From the human T2T-CHM13v2.0 reference genome, Homo sapiens, in assembly GCF_009914755.1 (NCBI RefSeq), contig NC_060938.1: 64,000 nucleotides of DNA. One strand, given 5' to 3'. Positions 1-14,120 of the stretch are shown piece by piece. The position numbers and the translations under genes are program-made. Numbering within the stretch: the first letter of the stretch is position 1; each line of letters begins with the position of its first letter. Under the pieces are notes generated by a model. That model worked only from the letters and a program-made list of their open reading frames with translations. It did no database searches and had not been told where the DNA came from.

Positions 1-209
1 ACACACAATGCTCACCGTATGCATACAGCACAGTCTGCTCAGGGTTTACAGGGTCGACAGTCACTTTCCATAGTTCAATTCCACCACCTTCTAGAATAGT
101 AAAGCCACACCCATTTGCTAGGAAGGAGAACTTGACTCTGTCCTATGGGCCATGCAATGAGAAACGGATCTTGTGTGATTATATTAAAATTCAAGGACAG
201 CTCCAAGAA

Positions 210-567
<358 letters not shown>

Positions 568-1469
568 CTACAAAATTTCCTCCCCAACAGTCACGGCAGG
601 CCACGCAAAGTGGGGCAAAGTCTCTGGATAACTGAATTGGGGGCAGCAAGGCACCAGACAGAGCTCTCCTGGAATATGTTGACTTTCAGGTCATTAAGTT
701 TTCTGAGAAACAAGCAAGAGAAGCACCACCTTCGAGGTCAGGGGGGCTAGTTCCACCCTGGAGGGATGGCCTTCAGCCCTTCTAGTGTTTTAGACTCCAG
801 CTCTTCAGAAACCCAACTTTGAGACCAATTTAAAAGGCAACTCTGCCCCTACACCAGCCCCACAAGTTCAGGTTTACCTGGCCTGGACACTAAACCATAC
901 TCCTTCCCTTTCTGTTCTCTGTAGTTGTTGTTCATGGGGGTAACTGACTAGGACAGCCATCAGAGTTCTCAGCCAGGAACTGGACTTTTGCATAAGGGAG
1001 CTGTGGAGGAGGCGTTACTGCTACTCCTTGGCCCTCAGAGCCAGAATGTCTGGGACCTCTCTAAGCAAGAGGCCAAATGCTGCAGGCGTCTGCAGCAGAG
1101 AAGAACAACTGTGAATTCATGAATCACCCCTCTTTTGTACTTCTGCTTAGAAGAATATAATTTGTTAATTTACGGTAGTCATTATGGTGCAATTGAAGAT
1201 GCCAACACAGAAAAGGCTGACTGAGCTGGGCTCTGCGGCATGCCAAGGCCAGGTAAATCCAAACATGTTTTCAATGCGAAGGCCTGCCAGTGGTGTCAAA
1301 CAGGGTGGAATATCATACGATTAGCCTTGGCAAAAAAGGAGTCAACAGAGGGACAATTGGTGGATAATAAGCACCCTTCTCAGCCAAATGTGGGCTTTCA
1401 CCACACACTGTAAGAGTCAAGCCTGAGAAGACCCAGGTAGGGCTATACAGATGAAGTGATGAAACCTGA

Positions 1470-2064
<595 letters not shown>

Positions 2065-2549
2065 TCATAGGGCACCAAACACACAGCCCCTTCCCTGGCT
2101 TTATAAAGACATCTGTGTCCTTAACACCTCCTGGCCCTCTCTCAGGGACTCCAAGAATTCACTGTCAAGATGTGCCAGGCATTGCACTCATCAACCCTGG
2201 GAGATGGGTGCTATTCCTAAGCCCATCATACAGAATTGGAAACTGAGGCTGAGCTAAATACTTTAACTCAAATCTACCCAGTTGGTACAGCTATGACTCC
2301 AAGTCACTCACAAAGACAGTCTCTACAGCACAGACCCTGCACCCCACATGGCAAACTCCCCAAGAATCCTTAGAGTCAATCCAGAAAACTTTCCTAGATG
2401 TCTGCTCTGTGCCAGGGCACCGAGGCAGGGGAGAGGGATCGGGGGATACAGAGTCACTTGCGGTTTGTGCAAAGTAGTAGTAACATTTTGGTGCATGGCC
2501 GTGAAGCTTTGATCTCTCCTAATGAGGGGTGTGGGCTAAACAGACAAGC

Positions 2550-2631
2550 GCCCAGGCTCTGGCACAGCAGCGGGTTGTGGGTGGGGCGGAGCCCAGGCTC
2601 TGGCACAGCAGCGGGTTGTGGGTGAGGCGGA
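2550..2631. repeat. Tandem duplication, 2 x 41 bp
   Basis: gcccaggctctggcacagcagcgggttgtgggtg(g/a)ggcgga at 2550-2590 and 2591-2631, one mismatch. Confidence 0.9.
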
Positions 2632-2637
2632 GGGTAC

Positions 2638-2778
2638 CTGCATGGAGCCAGATCTGTGCCAGCGTCATCCAGGGGTGCAGCGGGCCCTGCTTAGGGGCAC
2701 TGCTCTGCAGAGACGAAGCCACTTCCGACAGTGCCTGCTCCACTCTTGAGGCTGCTACCGATGTGGCATGGACGGAGC
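2638..2778 (-). CDS. TTC7B: TTC7B internal coding exon, 141 nt: (G)SVHATSVAASRVEQALSEVASSLQSSAPKQGPLHPWMTLAQIWLHA
   Basis: cctctcacag|GCTCCGTC...CATGCAG|gtaccc; phase 1 to 1; seen in ORF 2519..2833. Confidence 0.95.
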
Positions 2779-4203
2779 CTGTGAGAGGTTTTTGAGAAGA
2801 CTCTATCAGGAGCGAAAGAACAGACCCAACCAATCAACCCCTTCCCACACAGACAAGCGCGGAACACACACACCCCTTCCCCCATGATGTTTCTAAGATT
2901 TACTGTCCACAGAGAAACGCGGGCAATCACGGCCCGGGGCCTTAGTTTCCATCCTTGGGCTTTAGCTAATCTTTTTGTCAACAAACAGAGCACATGCCCC
3001 CTCCAGGAGCTCAGCCTAGCGGTGTGAGTGCTGGCAGATGGGGGGCCAGATACACAGCTGTGATGATACTGGCGTTTAAAAATCAAATAAATGAAGTGCT
3101 ATAAGGGGACATTACAAAGCGCCCCTGTAAGGGCCTAAACCTAGAAACTTAATCAGGGTGGGGGGAGGAATATACTTGCCTCCTGGGGTAGCATTTGGAG
3201 TAGATGTACTGGCCATTCTCAAGACAAACCCAGCAACTTCCCGTTTCATTAGTGCAAGCCTGGCCTTGGAGAGGTGGACTACACCCTCGGTTTAGAACCA
3301 TATTCTAAGGCATGACTTAAAAACTGCAGAAAAAAGCACACTTTTGCCCTGTGTATAAGCAGATGTCTATCCTTAAGGCTAGACTAGCAGGGGATGGGAT
3401 GGAATGGGTTTGTAGCAAAGACTCCTGGGGTTCAGAATATGCACCTGCCTAATTATTCTGTAAAACCTGCTGTCCTGAAAGGCTAAGGAGAGGGGTCAAC
3501 CAAGCATGTTCACTAGTCAAGGGTTGGGGGAGTGCACAAGTCAAAATGCAAAACTCATTTCTTTTCACGTTGACCTCTCGGAGGATCGGAGACCACCTCC
3601 TTAAACAGAGGCTTGCTTCCCATCTCTTTCCAACATTCACTCTTGGAGATGTGGTTTTAGAATCAAGAGCAGGATTCTCTTGATTTCAAGAGAGCAGTTG
3701 TTTCAAATTTGAAACTGTTAATATTTCTATTCACCTGCATCATTCTTAATGATCCATCAAACTTCATCAAAAAGTTTAGTATGGAGATAAACATACCAAC
3801 ATTGAGAGTGGTAACTACCAACTCATCATAAAGTTTAAAATAGTAATAATCTATAAAGATAAATGCGACTACAAAATAAATGGAGTTATATTCTTGGTAA
3901 TACAAAATTGTGAGCATAAAAATAATTTCAGTTGCGCTTTGGAATGTACCCATCATCTATAAATTTAAAGAGTATTCACGGCAATAGATGCGCCATCCAT
4001 ATTATGTTTTGATTGCTCCAATATAATGGTAACATGGATGCTTCTAAATGCACCTGAATCCTTTGGTGAGGGGTTGGTGGATGGAAATCAGAGTGGGCCG
4101 ACAGTGCCCACAAGGACGACCAAGAGGAGAGCAGCCTCTGGAAAGGTCTAACAAGTCCTGCTGCACAATACGGAACTCAGAGGCTGAGTTAAAAGAGTCT
4201 AGT

Positions 4204-4577
<374 letters not shown>

Positions 4578-4832
4578 CTATCCTTGTTTAGACAAAGTAT
4601 GTCTAACTACTATTTTTTAAAAATCTACATAGCAAAATGATTAAACTGCTGTCAAAATTTCTTATTTGTCACCTTTTTTATGGAAAGTAATATTTTGAAC
4701 TTTGATAACAAGGACTTGATGTAGTTTCCCTGAGATTTTTAGTAGCAATGAAAGTTAAATAAATGAGTAATCTAGAGGCTGTTGTTGCCCTATTCCGCCA
4801 TTACCAAGTTGGCTACCTTCTCATTGGCTTGA

Positions 4833-4998
4833 ACAGTGGTTCTCAACCTTAACTTCACATCAAAATCATTCGGGATTTAAAAAATCATGATGTTATAGCT
4901 ACATCCCAGACCGACCACATCACTCAGTCTAGGGGTGAGGACTGGCATCTTTGTTAATCACCCCAAGTGATTCCAATGTGCCGCTAAGACTGAGAACC
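4833..4998. mobile_element. MER5-like hAT-Charlie MITE
   Basis: Terminal inverted repeats cagtggttctcaa ... tgagaaccact. Confidence 0.7.
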
Positions 4999-5147
4999 AC
5001 TCGCTTGGAGAGACCGGAAGCAAATGTTAACGAATATTTGGTCAAAAAAAGCCTGTACACGGGCCAGGCAGCCTGAGCTCTCCTGCTTCCCTGCAGCACA
5101 AGCGTCACCTGGGGAACAGAGTTCCAGGAAGATCTTGTTCTCTAGAA

Positions 5148-5560
5148 CAGGGGTTCTTAGACTTTTTGGTCTCAGAATCTCTTCAGACTCTAAAAAAATC
5201 ATTGAAGACCCTAAAGAGGTTGTTTATATGTTATGTCTATTGATATTCACATTAGAAGTAAAAACATGTTTTTTTTAACATGTTTTAACAGACATGTTTA
5301 AAATATTCACTTACTAATTCATTAAAAATAACAATAATAAATTATTGCTCTGGAAACATTCCACACATTTTCTACCAGGTTCTGTGAATCTTTTGCTACA
5401 AGAGTTTGTGACTTTTGGAGGGGCTAATTTTGGTTTTTGGATTAACTGTTTTGTTTGGTCCACAAATAAATAATCAGAACTACTGCCAAAGTTTCTTCTC
5501 TTTGTGGTATTTATACACAACTAAATCAATTAATTCCTAGCACAATATATTTTACTATGA
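5148..5560. mobile_element. Degraded hAT-Charlie-type DNA transposon fragment
   Basis: Starts caggggttcttagactttttggtctcag, followed by AT-rich internal sequence. Confidence 0.45.
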
Positions 5561-5574
5561 ATAAGGTCTGGCAG

Positions 5575-5603
5575 ATGATGATGATGATGGCGATGATGAT
5601 GAC
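5575..5603. repeat. (GAT)n microsatellite
   Basis: gatgatgatgatgatggcgatgatgatgac. Confidence 0.8.
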
Positions 5604-5619
5604 AGCAGTGGTGGTTGTC

Positions 5620-5995
5620 AGTTTTAGAGAACATACCATGTTTCAGGCACTGCAATTGGCACTTTATATGTACTAATCTTTAACCAGAACACAAACACTA
5701 GTCTGATTCCAAATCTGTCCTCTAAGTCCAGCTCTGATGCCACCTCCTACAGGAAGGCTGCTGTGAGCCTTCCATTTCTCCCTACAATAAGTGAGACTCT
5801 CTGGTCCTTGGTGCTTCTATGTGGTTGTCACTAACAATGCACAGACCACATGTTTTAAAGTTAATGTAACTATCTCCCTTATTAGACCGTGTGGGTCTAG
5901 AAGATGCGAACTACGTCCTCAGGGTAGGGATTTTCAGGGACTAACAATACCAGGCCCATACTAAGTATTAGGTAAATGAGTGTGCAGGGAATGAA
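5620..5995. mobile_element. MIR/L2 remnants
   Basis: ggcactttatatgt..., tctgattccaaatc..., ends in the L2-tail-like gtattaggtaaatgagtg...aatgaacga. Confidence 0.45.
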
Positions 5996-6527
5996 CGAGT
6001 GCTGTCAATAGACACTTCACTGTCTGAAATTCAGAAGAGGGCGGCCCCCTCTCTGGATGCACGTGTGCTCTACTCTTCCCCTCTAACAACAGCTCAGAGG
6101 CCAGAACATTCACCCACTCAAAGGACACTTCAGTGCAGTGCTCATCACTTCCAACAATCCAGACTAAAAATGACAGTGGTGAATAGTTCCAATTAAACAT
6201 GGACGTTTCCCCTAACGTAAAATTAAAATATAGAGAAGGATAACAGGTTTATTAGAAATAATGTTTTTCTTCCTAGTCAATTTCTTGGTACACACATTTC
6301 ACCAGGGCAGAGAGCCTTCATATTCTGAACCAGGGATAAATGTTAGGGCACTCACATAATAATAGCACATAACTAACAATAGTGAAATTATATAAGTTGG
6401 TATCTACTATTCCTGAAAATAACACAACAAATAAAAGTCTTCCATTGAATTAGTATTGGAAGGAGGGGGAAGGAAAAACATCACTTTAATCAGAATGGAT
6501 ACAGCTGGTTAAAAAACAAACCAAGCA

Positions 6528-6865
<338 letters not shown>

Positions 6866-7941
6866 TCATAGAACTGAAATGGTAAGTGACTATATAGACA
6901 CTGGATTTTGACTTATATAGGTAAACAGCTGGAAACACTGGCTCTAACCAGCACATTTTTAAAGAACCCCTTTCTTTCTCACCACGGCAAACATGTTCCT
7001 GCATCGTACATCAGAATGAGAGCACTATTAACTTAAGGTGGAAATGGGCAAACTGAGGCTTGAAAAAGGAATCAGAAGTTAGAATATAGGACATATTTCC
7101 AATTTGAAATCCAAGGCTCTGCAGAAATAAGTTTCCAAATAATCAGGTTCAACAGGTAAGCCAGGGAGAGCACCTGGGCCATGGTGCATCTCTCATCTGC
7201 CACCCAGCTTCAAGAGGTCCCGCCACTGCCAGAGCCCACAGGACTGTGTGCTGCGCAGCGGCTGCCGTGCTCCGTCTAGGAGACAATGCGCCTCTCCCCG
7301 CAGTCACAGGACACAGGGGCTCTGAAAAGCCACTGCAAGACCCACTGTACCAAGGGCTGACGTAGGCAGGTGAGAGCTCGCTCTGAAATCTAGCACAGGT
7401 CTGTCGTCAAACGGCCCGAATGGTGCAAGGGCGTGTGACGTCCTGGAGCGGAGGCCATCTGCATTTCCACAAGCCAATGGCTTTCCTTGCCCTCCCACCT
7501 AGATCCTCAATCGAAAATGTTATCTTGGACACCTGATACAGAGGCAAAGTGCCACCTGAAGAACATTCTGAGCCAGGGTTTCCTTCTAGGCTCCTCTCTC
7601 CATCACCATGCATGGGGGTAAGGAGGGGGGAAGGCAGCCGAGGACCTAGAAACTGTGATGGGAAGGCATTTCCTCACGGGCCAAGAGGACCAGGAACCAA
7701 GAGGAACCAAGGCCACTGATCTCAGGGCACCATGAGTCCAAGCTCTGAACCCTTCCTGAGGTTTTCTGACCCGTGCTCCTATTGTACACTGAGGGCTGTT
7801 GAGAAACCCTGCCTGCCCCAAGTAGGACACTGGGACGGCTAGCTCATATTGCCTTTGCAGGTGAAGCTTTTCCAAAAATCCTTTTTCCAATGCACATGAC
7901 ACCTATGGTGAATTTCACATAGACCTCAGCTGTGGCAATCA

Positions 7942-8328
<387 letters not shown>

Positions 8329-10798
8329 AGCATAACTGATAAATTAAGTGGCTTAGTTATGCTTCATATCCCTGTATTTGTCACACGCAAGTGTTGCCGA
8401 ATAAATAGGATATATTATATTCCAGCTCTCCTTCTAACTGTCTGGTGGCCTCAGTTAAGTGGCTGCAGTCTGAAGGACCCCTCGCCTTCCCTCTCCCCTC
8501 ACAGCACATAGAAGATGAGCTGGATCTCTCTCAGATGGAATCCTGCCCACCCGGTGACTTGGCGAGCATTCCAGTGCCAGGAACGACGGACAGCCACATT
8601 ACATGACGTGTGAAAAACATCCTCTACCAAAAGATGTCAGCCGACCACCTCACATGAGGCTGGCAGGATTTGGGGCAGCTCCTTGCTTCCCAGCCCTGGA
8701 GAACCCACTCCATGCCTCATGAGTGTGAACATGGGGGAACGATGGCACGTGGCCACACCCCAAGCCCCGTCTCTGTTTGGCACCCACATTCTTTCTGCCT
8801 AATGCTGCAGCGGCAGACACCTGCCCTCCCCACATTTTTCTGACAAGTAGCTGAGCCACTGCAGTCGTGGGCATGCAGAAATCACCTGCTGCTAATGAAT
8901 TTCTGCTGTACCTGTTTTCCCTTGACCCTGAAATGATTCCAAATTCTCTGTCAACTTATTCACAATTAAAATAATACGAAAAAGCAGCAGTTCCATCTCT
9001 TAAAGAACCTGAATATTAAGCAGCAATCTGAGTGACTCAGCATTCTGTGAGCTAGCTTTGCTTTAGAATTTTCATTTCTTAACAGGAAAAAAAAAATTCT
9101 GTTTCTCAAGATAGGGCTTGGAAATAAATCAGTCCAACACTGCAGACTGCTGGCAGCTCTGTGCCCTTCTGTCTCTGTGTGTCACCTGTGCTTGAAGAAC
9201 CAGAATGTCCTGGGGGCTGAGGACGGGAGGAGGCGAAGGAGTTAGTGATGACTGTCTCTTATTTCTTGAAGGGAGAGGAAGAGGCATGAGTGTCCACTCC
9301 CACTTCGGCCCTCAAAGCAGGCATATTTCTCCATACCTTTTAAAAAACATAACTGCTGTCCCCTCATCTCCCTGGTGCCCGGGAGTTAGGACAATTCCCA
9401 TCTTTGCTGTAGGGTAGTCCTGCTTTCTGAGGAGGCGACTCCAGGTGGTGGCTCCTTGCACCGCGCTGTCACAGCTCTCCTCTCCATCTGCTGCTTCCCT
9501 GGGAGCTGCCCTCGCGCCTTGTGTCCCCCAGTGTGACAGCAGGGGCGGGGCCGCTGCCCACCCAGTCCCACCAACCATGAGGGCTCCTGCTGTGGGTTCC
9601 TCTGATAAATAAATCACCTTGGTCACCATTCTAGTAGACACTTCCATTTTTCACCAAGTGAAAAAAGGATTAAGACTCATAGCCCCAAGACGGGATCAGT
9701 TTCCCACTGACTTTAACATAATATCAAGCACCGTTTAAACCTGACAGCACACGTCTTGTCCTGAAAGGGGGAAGCTCTTTCCAGGGAAGGACCCCAGTAA
9801 GGCAGGGAGGGCCGGGGACATGTCATCACCGGTGGGCATGCGGGGCTAGCGCAGCATGCTGCTGGTGGGTGCTGGCAGGGCCAGGTGGTCACACAGAAAG
9901 CATGGAGGGAAGCCGTTCACACGCATGCAGGAAGGTGCCAGCTGTCAGAGCGAGCCGCTGCCGGTGGCTCTGCGCTAGAGACAGTACCTTCTGGAGGACT
10001 ACATTGGGCAGATGCTTCCATCTCCACCTGAACCCTCCCTGATGCATATTCATGAGGCTGTGTCTTGGGGTGGAAGTGCCTTCTGCCTGGGGAAGGCTCT
10101 CTGAGCCTCCAAGTGCCTGACTGCCGGCGTCCTGGGGAAAGCCTCCCAGGTTGGGATGATATTCTAATGCTGGACACACTCCCCAACTTCTACCTGAGTG
10201 CCACTTACTGTTGGCTTGTCAGTCTCCTATCATTCCACTCAATCTTGTTTAAAGAAAGATACTACAGAACTAATTAAGGAGAATTATATTAAATTTAGTT
10301 TAATTAAAATAGCAAAAAAAGGTTCTATATTAGAGCTGAATTTTAAAAATCACCACCCCTCAAAAATGGTACAGTCATCACAGAGTGATGCTCCCATATA
10401 TACCTAGATTTCTTTTAAAGCTACTTTATTCTATTAAGCAGGAACAGAGACTAAAACCGCCTAATTGACTAGTCACTTCCTGATCATGATATACATTCTT
10501 GAGTGTTAGAAAATGCAGCTCAATAAAATGCTTGCCAAGATGGAAAGAGAAAAACATCACTACTGTCTTGAATTCCTTTCTCACTCTTATTTTATTTTAG
10601 AGGTATGTTCTTCATTAACGTGTTTACTCTCTTCTCCCGGTGAATTACTGCTAAAGAGAGCAGCAACTTCACTAGAATCAGTGATAGGAAAAATGGAGCC
10701 AAGAACTCAAGTCGGTAATCTTGATTTTAGCATGTTCTTGGAGAGGGGAATAAAACATCAGCACAGATTTTTCTCCAAAAAAACAACTGCTAGGGCAC

Positions 10799-10822
10799 CT
10801 GCAGGGGAGCGCCCCGGGTCCT
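10799..10822 (-). other. Candidate 24-nt microexon (EDPGRSPA)
   Basis: tgcatgctgctcatcacttcttag|AGGACCCGGGGCGCTCCCCTGCAG|gtgccc; phase 1-1, open; weak donor. Confidence 0.25.
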
Positions 10823-11571
10823 CTAAGAAGTGATGAGCAGCATGCAGAGAGCCCTGCTGCTTCGCTCCAATCCTGCTCAGCCACCTCCACTCTTCTGGTC
10901 CTAGCTGCCCAGGGTGTAACTCAGGGGGAAGGCACCTGACTCGCCCTTAAAACCAGGATCCATGGCTGCCAAATCATAAGGGCGGTGTACATAGAATAAC
11001 TATGGAATTTACATTTTTACAGATGAGGAAATGAGGCCCAGGGCGATGCGGCGAGTTGCCGGGTGACTCCAGAGCTGGCCCTTGATGGTGAGAGGAACCT
11101 GGCAGGGAAATCTCTTTTATGAAGCACCTAATGTGTGATGACAGCACCAACACATACCTCTTTTCTATTATGGACTGCTTTTAGGCCAGAAATAAAGGCA
11201 CATCTAGGTTGAGCTGGATTTCAGAGGGTGGAATCAACTCTTAAGGGTGAGGGGCAGTATTTGCCATAAGCTAAAGGCTCAGGTCATTCAAATGCACTGG
11301 ATCCCCATATCCACCAGCATTTCCCCAAATGCAATCCATGAACACTGATTTCCTAGGGTGGAAAAAACGATTACATTAGTTTGGGAACACTGGGTCAAAG
11401 TGCGGGACTTCTCAGAACATTTAATGTGGTTAATGTGAACTATGAAGCACTAGGCAGGAGATGGACTGTCGTCCAAATATATTTGACCAAAGAGAATCAG
11501 TGGTCTAAGAAACATCCTTTGGCAGATGTGACAAGTCACTAATGACTTAAACACTGCCAAAAGCACTGTTA

Positions 11572-11867
11572 GGCTGGGCGTGATGGCTCACGCCTGTAAT
11601 CCCAGCATTTTGGGAGGCGAGGTGGGAGGATCGCTTGAGCCCAGGAGTTGGAAACCAGCCTGGGCAACACAGTGAGGCCTCCTCTCTGCCAAAAATTAAA
11701 AAATTAGCTGGGTATGATGGCGTGTGCATGGTGTCCCAGCTGCTCAAGAGGCCAAGGTGGGAGGCTCACTTGAGCCCTGGGGTTCCAGGCTTCAGTGAGC
11801 TGTAATCGTGTCATTGCACTCCAGCCTGATCTACTAAGACCTTGTCTCAAAAAGAAAAAAAAAAAAA
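11572..11867 (+). mobile_element. Alu (AluJ-like) with TSD aaaagcactg
   Basis: ggatcgcttgagcccaggag diagnostic segment; poly(A). Confidence 0.93.
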
Positions 11868-12404
11868 GCACTGATCCTACATCCAGGGAATTAAGCAATT
11901 CCTTTAAATTTTGGTAGATACATTTTTAAGTTTTATGATGTCTGCTTATTTTTAGAAAAATTAACAGTTAGAATTGCTCTCCTATGCAACAATAATGGTT
12001 GGATTAATTACAAAAATTTCAAGATCCAACTGGTTCCCTCTACCTAAAATTTACTGGCCACCCGCCTTGGGAAGACGGGGCATCTCATGCTTCCAATCAG
12101 TGCCAGGAGTGCTTCTCACCACCCACTGCACACCCAGAGTTGGCCTTTTTCCCTGCAATGCCTTCTTTTGTAGTCCTTCTCAGATCAATACTGCCTCCTC
12201 ATATATAAACCCAAGCTGCGCTGAATGCATTAGGATCTCAGGAGGGATGGGCTCCAGGTGGCAGAGTGGGCAGGCAGGTGGCAGAGGGATGTCCACGTCA
12301 TCTCAGCATTCTCAGCACTCAACAACCACAATGCACATTCCGTGGTGGGGGGAGTGTGATTCTGGAGGCCCTCGGAAGGATTAATAGATTGGTAAACTAC
12401 TTAC

Positions 12405-12455
12405 TAACTGAAAAAAGGGAAGGAAAACCATGAAAGTATGCTTCTGGAGAGTTGC
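12405..12455 (-). CDS. TTC7B: Probable alternative cassette exon of TTC7B, 51 nt (+17 aa: GNSPEAYFHGFPSLFSVS)
   Basis: ttttggtttgatctgttgttccaag|GCAACTCT...TCAGTTA|gtaagt; perfect +1..+6 donor; phase 1-1 and stop-free in the TTC7B frame; repeat-free surroundings. Confidence 0.7.
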
Positions 12456-14120
12456 CTTGGAACAACAGATCAAACCAAAAATTAAAACCAAGAAACAAAA
12501 CATTTGAAAAATCAAAATTAAGACTAAAAAAGCGAACAGAGTTCTAATAACCTTCCAACTGTAAGTCTGGCTGTCTAGAATCATATTTCCATTCAAGAGT
12601 GGCACACATTTTTCCACTAACATTTTTTTTTTAAACAAAAGAAAGGCCAACTGGGCATTCCCCTATCCATTGAAATGTTCACCCAGCACATGAAAGCTGA
12701 CCAATTCAGGCAATGTATTTTGTTTCCAGAGCAGGAAATTCCAAAGGGAAGGGAAAAATAATCAAACAAGTGGGTTTTGGGTCTTTCCACACATTAACCC
12801 TAATCATGATTCCAGTGGTTTGTAGGGTTGGGCTAATTTTCCCTTCTATGAAGTCAAAGGTTTGGAGGGAGAAATTCATACAACTTCAGATCTTGACTAT
12901 CTGCTTATCCTAACGGAAAAGTTGGGACTTAAAATCATTACAATTTTAATTAAGAAATTCTGCATTTGTCAGTATGTTTTCCCCCCTCTAACTAAATGCT
13001 GACTCTGTGGGAGGGGGTGGATTCTCGAGAGCTTCAGTCTTAGTTGAAACACCTGGTTACTGGCTAGACACTCCCTGAGGATGGAAAGATGACTTCAGCT
13101 TATTAAGAATAAACAACTGAGCACTGCCCGGGACATACTCCATTCAGCAGAAAGCCCAGTGGGTGCTCATCACCCCAGAAAGTCACTGATTAATCAGACA
13201 TAAAGTGCCTCCCCTGAAGAGTCAGGACTGCAATCTTCAAAGGCTTACAGGATCACAGGGCTCACAAGATGCAACATGAAAAATACGGGCAGGTGGGTCT
13301 GTTGTGCAGAAAAGAGTGGACAGGGAAGTGGGAACATACCATGTTATTCTAGAATGGGAAGATCCCATTTTCAGACAATAAACTCATCAAAAGTCAATGT
13401 AAAGAATTTTTCTAGAAAAATCGAAGTTGGCAATTGCCAGTAGGCATTGTATTAAGAGAAAATGTCTATTTTAAGAAATGCATGAAAAACAACATACACG
13501 GTGTTTAAACAGTATCTTCATCTTCCATTTCATAAAACTGGGATTGCCATTAAAGCAAAATTCAGAACACTTAATATGCAGATAAGTACGGTCAGCGGGT
13601 TTCTCGGCGTGGATGGTTTATTTTGAATGGTAATCTAGTTTCTGCCCTGGCTTTGTGTGTGTGAGAGCTGAACAAAGCGGGTGAGCCATCAAAAGATATG
13701 CACATTAGAGATAGTGGTTCTTTCTGGCAGCAGTTCCCCTTAAGAGCTTTTGTTCAGCACATAACTGGGCATTTGGAACAAAGATGAGCCCTTATAAATC
13801 ACAGATATAGAGATTAAATTTTCTAGCAGTGCTGGCAGTGAACATTAAATAAATGAGCAAAAGAAAACAAGGATGGGCTCCCCGGGTCAGATTCATATTT
13901 AGGTCCTATTTAAGGGTTTTACCAACCAGTGTTCATTTTCACACAGGGATCTTTCTTGTTGCTGTTCATGGACAGGTTCTGGAACTCCCTAAAGCCGACT
14001 TTCAAAATTTCCGTGTTATTTAAAAGCAAGATTAGACTAAAATACTATTCAATTTCTCTGCATAGTTTCACGACACAAACCCTACATTTTCCTTCACTGC
14101 AAATGGAAAACAGTTTACAG

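Noticed and set aside
7120-7162. Strong plus-strand donor CAG|gtaagc
   Set aside because: Isolated motif on the non-coding strand, expected by chance.
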